From an uncultured Spirochaetota bacterium (GTDB lineage Bacteria; Spirochaetota; Spirochaetia; SZUA-6; Fen-1364): a stretch of DNA of 64,000 nt. Shown one piece after another: positions 20,650 through 31,680 of this stretch. Location: positions 768,001-832,000 of the forward strand of contig CAWAHW010000002.1 of NCBI GenBank assembly GCA_963781885.1. Direction: 5' to 3'. The notes under the pieces are model-generated. The model saw nothing but the letters and a program-made list of their open reading frames with translations, was not told the origin of the DNA and searched no databases. How positions within the stretch are numbered: position 1 is the stretch's first letter; each line of letters opens with the position of its first letter. The position numbers and the translations under genes are program-made.

Positions 20650-21746
20650 GCAGCGAGGAGAAAATGTCCGAGCCCGTACCCGTCTCCATTTCGGAGCTTT
20701 CCAAGAGGGGCTACCAGCTGCTCAAGGAAGAGCATATCGCGGAGGCGGAGGAGAATTTTCGCCGGATCCTCACCATCGAACCGCAGAACAACTACGCCCT
20801 CGTGGGCATGGGGGACGCGGCGCGCAAACGCAAGTCCTACCACGAGGCAATCCGCTACTACGAGGAATGCCTGGGCTACCACGTCGGGAACAAGTACGCG
20901 CTCGTCGGCCTCGCCGACAGCTACCGTTCGCTCAAGCAGTTCCACCGGGCGATCGAGATCTGGGAGAAGTACCTTGCCCAGGGGGACAGCGACGTGACGG
21001 TGCTCACGCGCATCGCGGATGCCTACCGGAAAGTCCTCGACTTCAGCCGGTCAAAGGAGATCTATCACAAGATCCTGGAAATCGACCCGGGCAACCCCTA
21101 CGCGCTCACGGGTCTGGGCTACCTGCACTTCGATCTGAAGGAGTACCGCGAGGCGCTCACGTACTGGGAGAAGATGCACGAGAAGGACCCCAAGAATATC
21201 TGGGTGCTCACGTCAATAGGTAACTGCTACCGCAAGCTGAAGACCTACGAAAAGGGCATCCCTTATTTCAAGAAAGCCCTGGAGATACAGCCCGGCAACT
21301 TCTATGCCCTCTTCGGACTGGCCGACTGCTATCGGGGCATGAACGACCCGCAGGAATCGCTATTCTACTGGCAGAAGATCCTCGATGCCGATCCCGACAA
21401 CAAGGTGATCCTCACGCGGATCGGGGATTCGCACCGGGCGATGAACAATCTCGACACGGCGCGGGAATACTACAGCAAGGCCCTCAACATCGAGTTCGAC
21501 AGCTACGCGGTGCTCGGGCTGGCCCTGATCAACAAGGAGAAGGGCAATTACCTCGAGGCCATCGAAAGCCTTTCCGGGCTTCTGGTCAACGACGCGAAGA
21601 ATCCCCGGCTGTACCTGGAGATCGCGCAGAGCTGGCTCGCCCTGGACAAGAAGGACAAGGCGCTCGACGTGCTCACGCGCGCCCAGCGCATGGGCATCAA
21701 GAACCTCGGCATCGGCGAGCTGCTGGAGAAGCTGCAGAGAGGATAG
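20646..21746 (+). CDS. Tetratricopeptide repeat protein
   Basis: Multiple 34-aa repeats (NNYALVGMG, NKYALVGLA, NPYALTGLG, NFYALFGLA). Confidence 0.92.
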   Translation: MSSEEKMSEPVPVSISELSKRGYQLLKEEHIAEAEENFRRILTIEPQNNYALVGMGDAARKRKSYHEAIRYYEECLGYHVGNKYALVGLADSYRSLKQFHRAIEIWEKYLAQGDSDVTVLTRIADAYRKVLDFSRSKEIYHKILEIDPGNPYALTGLGYLHFDLKEYREALTYWEKMHEKDPKNIWVLTSIGNCYRKLKTYEKGIPYFKKALEIQPGNFYALFGLADCYRGMNDPQESLFYWQKILDADPDNKVILTRIGDSHRAMNNLDTAREYYSKALNIEFDSYAVLGLALINKEKGNYLEAIESLSGLLVNDAKNPRLYLEIAQSWLALDKKDKALDVLTRAQRMGIKNLGIGELLEKLQRG

Positions 21747-21748
21747 CC

Positions 21749-21882
21749 CGGCCACGGTACTCCGTGGCATTCGCGGCCACGGTACTCCGTGGCATTCGCG
21801 GCCACGGTACTCCGTGGCATTCGCGGCCACGGTACTCCGTGGCATTCGCGGCCACGGTACTCCGTGGCATTCGCGGCCACGG
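21749..21882. repeat. Tandem array of a 25-bp palindromic REP-like unit (5 copies + 9 bp)
   Basis: CGGCCACGGTACTCCGTGGCATTCG repeated head to tail, each with stem GCCACGG/CCGTGGC, between convergent genes. Confidence 0.95.
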
Positions 21883-21950
21883 GCTCGTTGCCGTATCCAA
21901 CTCCGCTAGGAACGGAAGGTACTCGCTCGCCCTTGCCCTCCCTGGCTAGG

Positions 21951-23738
21951 CTACTCCAGCACCGCCCGAATCCGCCGCACACCGGCGGATGACGACTGTT
22001 CCTTCTGGATCACGAACTTTCCCAGGACGCCGGTGCGCTCGACATGCGGGCCGCCGCAGACTTCCTTGGAGAAATCCCCGATCGTATAGACCTTCACCTT
22101 TTCTTCGTACTTCTCGCCGAACAGCGCGATGGCGCCCGCGGCGCGGGCCTGCTCGATCGTCATGATCTCCATGCTCACGGGGAGATTCCGCGTGATCTGC
22201 TCGTTGACGATGGCCTCCGCCTTGCGCACCTCCTCTTCCGTCATCGGCTGGGGATGCGAGAAGTCGAAGCGCAGCCGCTCCACGGTGATGTTCGAGCCCT
22301 TCTGGGCGACGTGCGGACCCAGCACCGTCCGCAGCGCCTGGTGGAGGAGGTGCGTGGCGGTGTGCAGCCTCGTCGTCATCTCGGAATGGTCGGCGAGCCC
22401 GCCCTTGAATGTCTTTTCAGCTCCCGCCTTGGAAAGCTCCTGGTGCTTTTCGAACGCCTCGTCGAATCCCTTGCGGTCGACGGCCATGCCGTTCTCTTTG
22501 GCAAGCTCCTCCGTGATCTCGATGGGAAAGCCGTACGTGTCGTAGAGGCGGAAGGCGACCCTTCCCGGGATGGTCTTCTGGGGGTTTTTGAGGAGATTGG
22601 GCAGGAGCTTTTCGAACTCCTTTTCACCCTTCAGGAGGGTGTCGGAGAAGCGCTCCTCCTCCGCCGCGAGCTCCGATGCGATGGAGGACGCATTCTGGCG
22701 CAGGATGGGATAGAAGCCCTCGTAGATGGCGATCACTTCCGCGGCCAGTGCCCCGAGGAAACTGCCCTCGAATCCGAGCTTGCGGCCGTGGCGGATTCCG
22801 CGCCGGATGAGACGCCGCAGGATGTAGCCCTGCCCGACATTGGAGGGGGTCACACCGCGCTCGTCGCCGATGATGAACACGGCCGAGCGCACGTGGTCCG
22901 CGATGATCCGGAACGAGACGTCCTGGGCGGCATTGGCGCCGTATTTCTTCGATGAGATCTCCTGGAGGCGGGCGATGATCGGCCAGAAAAGCTCCGTCTC
23001 GAAGACGGTCTTCTTGCCCTGGATCATGGCCAGGGTGCGGTCCACGCCCATGCCCGTGTCCACCGTCCTCTGCGCGAGCGGAAGGTATTTTCCCTCCGCC
23101 GTCTTGTTGTACTGCATGAAGACGTCGTTCCAGACCTCGATGTACTTGCCGCAATGGCAGCCGGGCTTGCAGTCAGGCCCGCAGGCGGGGGCGCCGGTGT
23201 CGATGAACATCTCCGTGTCCGGGCCGCACGGACCCGTCTGTCCCGCAGGGCCCCACCAGTTGTCCTTGCGGCCGAGGAAATGGATGCGGGAGGCCGGTAC
23301 CCCGATGGTCTTCCAGATTTCGGCCGCCTCGGTGTCGGGCGGCACCTCCGCGTCACCGCCGAAGACGGTCACCGACAGAAGGTCAGGGGAGAAGCCCAGC
23401 CACTGGGGCGAGGTGAGGAACTCGAAGCTGTACGCAATGGCGTCCTTCTTGAAGTAGTCCCCGAGGGACCAGTTGCCCAGCATCTCGAAGAACGTGCAGT
23501 GCGCGGCGTCGCCCACCTCCTCGATGTCGTCCGTGCGGACGCATTTCTGGCAGTCGACCAGGCGCTTGCCCGCCGGGTGCGGCTCACCGAGGATGTATGG
23601 CACCAGCGGATGCATGCCCGCCGTGGTGAAGAGCACCGTGGGGTCGTTTTCCGGGACGAGGGACTTGCCCGTTATTTCTGCATGCCCTTTTCCCTTGAAA
23701 AAATCGATGTATGCGCGCCGAAGCTCGTTGCCCGTCAT
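21951..23738 (-). CDS. alaS: Alanine--tRNA ligase, short form lacking the C-Ala domain
   Basis: LFTTAGM, FFEMLGNWS, HTATHLL and EVCGGPHV; ends just after the editing domain (GVRRIRAVLE). Confidence 0.97.
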   Translation of the reverse strand: MTGNELRRAYIDFFKGKGHAEITGKSLVPENDPTVLFTTAGMHPLVPYILGEPHPAGKRLVDCQKCVRTDDIEEVGDAAHCTFFEMLGNWSLGDYFKKDAIAYSFEFLTSPQWLGFSPDLLSVTVFGGDAEVPPDTEAAEIWKTIGVPASRIHFLGRKDNWWGPAGQTGPCGPDTEMFIDTGAPACGPDCKPGCHCGKYIEVWNDVFMQYNKTAEGKYLPLAQRTVDTGMGVDRTLAMIQGKKTVFETELFWPIIARLQEISSKKYGANAAQDVSFRIIADHVRSAVFIIGDERGVTPSNVGQGYILRRLIRRGIRHGRKLGFEGSFLGALAAEVIAIYEGFYPILRQNASSIASELAAEEERFSDTLLKGEKEFEKLLPNLLKNPQKTIPGRVAFRLYDTYGFPIEITEELAKENGMAVDRKGFDEAFEKHQELSKAGAEKTFKGGLADHSEMTTRLHTATHLLHQALRTVLGPHVAQKGSNITVERLRFDFSHPQPMTEEEVRKAEAIVNEQITRNLPVSMEIMTIEQARAAGAIALFGEKYEEKVKVYTIGDFSKEVCGGPHVERTGVLGKFVIQKEQSSSAGVRRIRAVLE

Positions 23739-23940
23739 GGCCCCAAGGTACGGGGAGCGGGGGAGCGTTGTCAATGGGAGGCGCGCGCGTCGAGACCATG
23801 TGAGCCGAAAAATGATAGAAAGGTGCGGTGAGCGAAGCCGAAAAGCGAAACCCGGCCCTCATTGTCGCCTGTTATGTCACGATCTACCTTGTCGCGGTGG
23901 AGCCTGTCGAGGGCCTCGTGCTGCGAAGGAAGCCGACGCG

Positions 23941-26145
23941 GTGAAAGCGGGTCCGCGTCTCGCGCGTCGTGTCGCTCTGCTGATCGGCATTCCCTGGCTG
24001 CTTTCGACCGCCCTCCTGCTCTCTCCCTTTCCGCGGCTGGACCGCTTCGTGGCCGATCCTGCCGGCACCCGCATCACGGATGCCGCGGGCGCATTCCTCG
24101 GGGCAATGCCCGGCGAAAGCGACACGTTTCAGCTCAAGGAGGCGCCGTCCGCGATCCCCGCCGCCTGCGGCGAGATATTCGTACGGCTGGAGGACGCGCG
24201 GTTCCGCGTTCATCCCGGCATCGACCTGCTTGCCGCGGCGAGGGCGATGGTCGCGTTCGTCACCGGCAGGGGAGCGCGTTCGGGCGCCTCCACGATCACC
24301 ATGCAGCTTGCAAGGCTCGTCGCGCCGCACGCGCGCGGCCCGGGTGGCAAGCTCGTGGAGGCGTCAAACGCGCTCCGCATCGAAGCGAGGCTCACGAAGG
24401 ACGGCATCCTCGTCGCGTATCTCAACGACGTGCCCTTCGGCCGCAACACCCGCGGGGTCGGGGCCGCGGCGTGGACGTACTTCGGCACGGAGCTCGGCCG
24501 CCTGTCGCGCGCGCAGCTCCTTGTCCTCGGCGTGATTCCGCGCAATCCGACGCTCTACGATCCCTTCACGAACCCCGACAGGCTGATCGCCGTCGCGCGC
24601 GACATTGCCGCACGGTATCGACTCGGCATCGACCCCGCGGACGTCCAGGCCGCCGTGCGCGGCGCGAGGCAGGGCCGGCCCGAGGGCGATGCGCCTCATT
24701 TCACCCGCTACGTGGCGGGCCTCGCACAGGCCGGCAAGGTCACGCCCGTCGACGGCGTTGTCGCCACCACTCTGGATCTTTCCGTCAACCGTTATATCGA
24801 GGCACGGATGAGCTCCGTCCTGGCCCGCTACGAGGCAGCCCGCATCACCAACGCCTCAGTCGTGGCGATCGACAACGACACGGGCGCCGTCGTGGGATGG
24901 GTCGGCTCGCGCGATTTCTCAGACGCGACGCATTCCGGTCAGATCGACGGCGCGTTGATCCGCCGGCAGAGCGCCTCGACTCTCAAGCCATTTCTCTACG
25001 CGCGCGCCATGGAGAAGGGATGGACCGCTGCCACGCTGCTGCCGGACCTGCCGCTCGTGTTCGGGGCCGCGGACGAGGAATCCTACAGCCCTGAGAACTT
25101 CGACAAGCGCAGCCACGGCGTCGTGCGGGCAAGGACGGCGCTCGCGAGCTCGCTGAATGTCCCCGCCGTGTACACGCTGTCCCACGTCGGTCTTTCGGAT
25201 TTCCTCTCCACCCTGAGAAGCCTCGGTTTCACCCTGCCCGCGGACGCCGCCGCACGTTACGGCATGGGAACGGCTATTGGCAACGCGGAGGTATCGCTTG
25301 CCGAGCTGGTCCACGCTTTTTCCGTCTTTCCGCGACGGGGGGTGCTTTCCGATCTCGTTGTCCAGCGGGGCCGGACAGCGAGGAGTCGCCGGATATTCGA
25401 TCCCTTTGCCGCGTGGATCGTCGCGAACATCCTTTCGGACCCCTCGGCGCGCGCGACAGGCTTTGGCACGCATACCTATTTCCGCACGCCCGTTCCTGCA
25501 ATGTTCAAGACCGGCACCTCGAGTGAGTTCACCAATCTCTGGTGCGTCGGGGCGACCGCGCGCTACACCGTGGGCGCATGGGCCGGCAACTTCGATGGAA
25601 GGGCCGTGATCAACAAGACGGGGAGCATCGTGCCCACGCAGATCGTGTCGGACCTCCTCACGTGGCTGGAATCGCGGGACGGGAGCAACGAGTCGGCGCG
25701 CGGTTTTCCACAGCCGCCCGGCACGATCGCCGCACGCATCTGCACCGTCTCCGGCGGCCAGGCCACACCCGAGTGCCCCTCCACGCGCACGGAGTATTTC
25801 CGCAGCCTCGCGGACGTGCCGCCCGACTGCCTCTACCATCCGCGGCAGGAAAGCGACCAGGCCCTGCTGGACGATGCCTTCCTTGCAAAAGGCCAGGCCG
25901 TGCGCATCCTCTTTCCGGTGCCCGGCCAATCCTTCTACAGGGACGAGACCTTACGGGCCGGTGTCCAGAGCATCCCCGTTGCATTCGCCGCGCGACGGGC
26001 AGAGAATGCTTCGGTCACCTTTGACGGCGTGAGGGTTTCGCCCGGCGCGGCCGGCTCGATCGCGGTGCCCCTGGTGCGCGGAGCCCATATTGTTGTCGTC
26101 ACCTGCCCGGACGGGAGCGACAGGGTATCCTTTTCAGTCCGCTAG
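23941..26145 (+). CDS. pbpC: Penicillin-binding protein 1C (transglycosylase + transpeptidase)
   Basis: EDARF, GASTITMQL, STLK (SxxK), SLN and KTG motifs plus a C-terminal PBP1C-like domain. The start is approximate. Confidence 0.85.
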   Translation: MKAGPRLARRVALLIGIPWLLSTALLLSPFPRLDRFVADPAGTRITDAAGAFLGAMPGESDTFQLKEAPSAIPAACGEIFVRLEDARFRVHPGIDLLAAARAMVAFVTGRGARSGASTITMQLARLVAPHARGPGGKLVEASNALRIEARLTKDGILVAYLNDVPFGRNTRGVGAAAWTYFGTELGRLSRAQLLVLGVIPRNPTLYDPFTNPDRLIAVARDIAARYRLGIDPADVQAAVRGARQGRPEGDAPHFTRYVAGLAQAGKVTPVDGVVATTLDLSVNRYIEARMSSVLARYEAARITNASVVAIDNDTGAVVGWVGSRDFSDATHSGQIDGALIRRQSASTLKPFLYARAMEKGWTAATLLPDLPLVFGAADEESYSPENFDKRSHGVVRARTALASSLNVPAVYTLSHVGLSDFLSTLRSLGFTLPADAAARYGMGTAIGNAEVSLAELVHAFSVFPRRGVLSDLVVQRGRTARSRRIFDPFAAWIVANILSDPSARATGFGTHTYFRTPVPAMFKTGTSSEFTNLWCVGATARYTVGAWAGNFDGRAVINKTGSIVPTQIVSDLLTWLESRDGSNESARGFPQPPGTIAARICTVSGGQATPECPSTRTEYFRSLADVPPDCLYHPRQESDQALLDDAFLAKGQAVRILFPVPGQSFYRDETLRAGVQSIPVAFAARRAENASVTFDGVRVSPGAAGSIAVPLVRGAHIVVVTCPDGSDRVSFSVR

Positions 26146-26165
26146 GCTCGATGATACCGTGAGTC

Positions 26166-26460
26166 ATGGATGGAGGCGATTTCTTCACGTCGAACGGAAA
26201 GCTCCTCTCGGTCAGGGTTCACGCCAGGCCCGGAGCGAGAGAGGACGCTTTTCTTGGCATCCGCGCGGGAGAGCTGGTCGTGGCGGTCCGTGCCGTCGCG
26301 GAGAAGGGCAAAGCGAACGACGGAATCACCAGGCTTCTTGCCCGTGCGCTGGGCGTCCCCCGCGACAGCGTCAGCCTGCGCATGGGTGCGGCCTCTCCTC
26401 ACAAGGTGTTCCACGCGCCGCTTTCGTGTGAAGCGGCACTGCGGAGGCTCGGCGGGAGTC

Positions 26461-26474
<14 letters not shown>
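26166..26474 (+). CDS. DUF167/YggU family protein
   Basis: [15 protein letters not shown] and GAASPHK pattern. Confidence 0.85.
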
Positions 26475-29037
<2,563 letters not shown>

Positions 29038-29067
29038 CTTTGTCTCCGGGAAGTTCTTTTACAGATG

Positions 29068-29096
29068 AAGATACGATCCGGATTCGATCCGGTCAA
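29068..29096 (-). promoter_or_regulatory. Sigma70-type clpB promoter overlapped by an 8-bp direct repeat
   Basis: TTGACC-17 bp-TATCTT on the minus strand. CGATCCGG at 29074-29081 and 29085-29092. Confidence 0.55.
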
Positions 29097-29332
29097 ACCT
29101 CTGCGGCTGGATCCGTTTGCTTGTCGGGGGTCATGTCTGCAATCAGCCGCGGCGTGCAGTCGGGGCAGACGCCATGGGAGAAGGACCGTACGGGCATCGC
29201 CGCGTGCACGGCACCCCTTTCCCGCCAGCCCCCCTGGCCATCGCTCACCCTGCCGCAGTACATGCAGATGCGGATAAAGGGAGCTCTCCGGGAGGGGGAA
29301 GGGTGGGGGTTGGTTGGATGCGACGATCCCAT
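29093..29332 (-). CDS. Small putative Zn-binding protein
   Basis: ICMYC...W...FSHGVCPDC pattern. Confidence 0.6.
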   Translation of the reverse strand: MGSSHPTNPHPSPSRRAPFIRICMYCGRVSDGQGGWRERGAVHAAMPVRSFSHGVCPDCTPRLIADMTPDKQTDPAAEV

Positions 29333-29424
29333 TTTCTGGCCTCATGATATTATCGGCAGCCGCGGCGGCCCCTTTGACAATGAAATGCCATTCAACGACA
29401 ATGGCGCCACATCAGGAGCAAAGC

Positions 29425-30780
29425 ATGCCCGCAACGGAGTTTCCGAAGGGGTTTCTCTGGGGCGCCGCCACTGCCGCCTACCAGATCGAAGGCGCCGTGC
29501 ACGACGACGGGCGCGGCGAATCGATCTGGGACAGGTTCTGTCGCCGGCCCGGCGCGATAGAAAACGGCGATACCGGCGACGTCGCCTGCGACCATTACCA
29601 TCGGTGGCGCGACGACCTTGAGAACATGCGCGCGCTGGGGCTGAAGGCGTACCGGTTCTCCGTGGCATGGCCGCGCCTCTTTCCCCAGGGGCACGGGAGG
29701 ATGGAGCAGCGGGGTCTTGCCTTCTATGAGGCGTTGGTCGACGCGCTGCTGTCCGCCGGCATCGAGCCTGCCGTGACGCTCTATCACTGGGACCTGCCGC
29801 AGGCGCTCCAGGACAAGGGCGGCTGGACGAACCGCGACACCGCCCTGTGGTTTGCCGACTATGCCGCCTGCCTCTTCACGCATCTTGGAGACAGGGTGAA
29901 GACCTGGATGACGCTGAACGAGCCGCATATTTCCGCCTTCCTCGGGCACGCTTTGGGCATTCATGCGCCGGGGCTGGCGGACTATGCCGCGGCCGTCCAG
30001 GCTTCCCACGTGCTCTTTCTTGCCCACGCCCGGGGCGTACAGGCCTTTCGGGAGCTGGGCCCGGCGACGCACCGCATCGGCATCGCGCTGGACCTCCACC
30101 CGGTGCATCCCTTCACCGACGGGATGTCGGACGTGGAGGCAGCGCAGCGCGCCGACGAGGTCGACAACAGGTGGTACCTGGACCCGGTGCTCCGGGGCAC
30201 GTATCCCGCCGACCTCCTGGCGCTGTATGCCAGGCATCGCGTCGCCCCGCAGGTGCTGGCGGAGGACCTTGCGCTCCTGGCGGCGCAGCGCGCCGACTTT
30301 GTGGGCGTGAACTATTACTTTCCCACGCACGTCTATGCAAGCGACGAAGGCGGCATGCTGGGCTACAAGGAAGCTGCAAAAAGGGATTGCAGGCGCACGG
30401 CCATGGGGTGGGAGATTTCAGCCCCCGATCTGCACGACCTGCTCCTGCGGATCCACAACGACTACGCCGGGCCCGCGCTAATGATCACGGAAAACGGGGC
30501 GGCTTTCGCGGATGACGTGGTGGAGCGCGGCATCGTCCAGGACGACGCGCGCATCGACTACATCGGCAGCCATTTGCGCGAGGCACGCCGCGCAATCGGA
30601 CACGGCGTGAAGCTCGAGGCCTATTTCGTCTGGTCGCTCATGGACAATTTCGAATGGTCAATGGGCTACGCGAAGCGTTTCGGGATCACGCACGTGGACT
30701 ATCGCACGCTCGCGCGCACTTGGAAGAAAAGCGCCCACTGGTACCAGTCGGTGATCGACAGCAACGGCGGGGTGCTGTAG
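29425..30780 (+). CDS. GH1 beta-glucosidase
   Basis: FLWGAATAAYQIEG, TLNEP (acid/base) and ITENG (nucleophile). AGGAG RBS. Confidence 0.95.
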   Translation: MPATEFPKGFLWGAATAAYQIEGAVHDDGRGESIWDRFCRRPGAIENGDTGDVACDHYHRWRDDLENMRALGLKAYRFSVAWPRLFPQGHGRMEQRGLAFYEALVDALLSAGIEPAVTLYHWDLPQALQDKGGWTNRDTALWFADYAACLFTHLGDRVKTWMTLNEPHISAFLGHALGIHAPGLADYAAAVQASHVLFLAHARGVQAFRELGPATHRIGIALDLHPVHPFTDGMSDVEAAQRADEVDNRWYLDPVLRGTYPADLLALYARHRVAPQVLAEDLALLAAQRADFVGVNYYFPTHVYASDEGGMLGYKEAAKRDCRRTAMGWEISAPDLHDLLLRIHNDYAGPALMITENGAAFADDVVERGIVQDDARIDYIGSHLREARRAIGHGVKLEAYFVWSLMDNFEWSMGYAKRFGITHVDYRTLARTWKKSAHWYQSVIDSNGGVL

Positions 30781-30800
30781 CGCACCCCGTCGCCGCTACA

Positions 30801-30823
30801 AATGCCACGGAGTACCGTGGCCG
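30801..30823 (-). repeat. Solo copy of the 25-bp REP-like palindrome
   Basis: AATGCCACGGAGTACCGTGGCCG is the reverse complement of 23 of the 25 bp of the 21749 unit; lies between convergent genes. Confidence 0.85.
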
Positions 30824-30825
30824 CC

Positions 30826-31549
30826 CTACATCGTGCGGCCGCCGAATGTTGCCACCAGGTCGTCCACTTCCATGACGCCGTGGATGCGAAACGGCTCGCC
30901 GTATTTCTTGCCGATCAAATGCCCGTAGTGCGCCATGCGGGCAAAAAGCAGCTCTTGGAATTGCTCGCTCGCAATGAAGGTGGGAGGCCCGCTCGATGCC
31001 GTGCCGGCGACGAAAACCTGGGACGAATAGGCATGCAGGGCACGGCGCTTCTCGTCGATCACGGCGCTGATGTCCACGATGAAGCTCGGCTCGAACTCCC
31101 AGGTCGACATGTAGGAGACGAGCTGGGCCGGCCGATAGGGCTCCTGGCCCGTATCGATCTTCGCAAGCCCGGGCAAGGAACGCCGCTTCCTCGACGATGC
31201 GCGCGGTGGCGGGGTGGTCGGGGTGCCGGTCCTCATCGTGGGGGAGAAGCACGATCCGCGGGCGATGCGCGCGTATCTCGCGCACCACGGCGAGCTTGGA
31301 CTCCCGGTCCGGCGTGAGCCACCCGTCAGGAAGGCCGAGCATGCCATGATGGGCGAGCCCCAGGATCGCCGCGGCCGCGTCGAACTCCGCCGCGCGCGCC
31401 GCAATGGTGCCCCGGGTGCCCATCTCACCCCGGGTGAGCGTGATGACGCCCGTGGACGCGCCGGCGCGCGCGGCGCGGATGAGGGTGCCGGCGGCGGCCA
31501 GCTCCACGTCGTCGGGATGCGCGCCGAATGCAAGGATGTCCAGGCTCAT
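30826..31549 (-). CDS. bshB1: Bacillithiol biosynthesis deacetylase BshB1 (PIG-L family); frameshift near 31170
   Basis: AHPDDVE, TRGEMGTRG and DRHPDH; C-terminus GLAKID...YGEPF in the second frame; adjacent to bshC. Confidence 0.85.
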
Positions 31550-31559
31550 GCGTCCACCA

Positions 31560-31680
31560 AAGCAGTTCTCATTTTAGACCTTCCGGAGACCTGGAACAGG
31601 TATGCACACTTTGAAAACGGCCGTCCCTCATGGGACAAAATGAGAACTGCATCATTCAGTCACCATACTGAGAGTCGCCG
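31560..31680 (-). mobile_element. MITE copy B (121 bp), uninterrupted
   Basis: 14-bp inverted arms GCAGTTCTCATTTT (31562-31575) and AAAATGAGAACTGC (31637-31650) plus a 30-bp extension. Flanked by CGTCCACC(A/C) at 31551-31559 and 31681-31689. Confidence 0.9.

Noticed and set aside
21749-21882. CRISPR array
   Set aside because: The units are directly adjacent with no spacers, and there are no cas genes in the window.
21951-23738. Truncated alaS as a pseudogene
   Set aside because: The catalytic and editing domains are intact, and short AlaRS lacking C-Ala is known in spirochetes.
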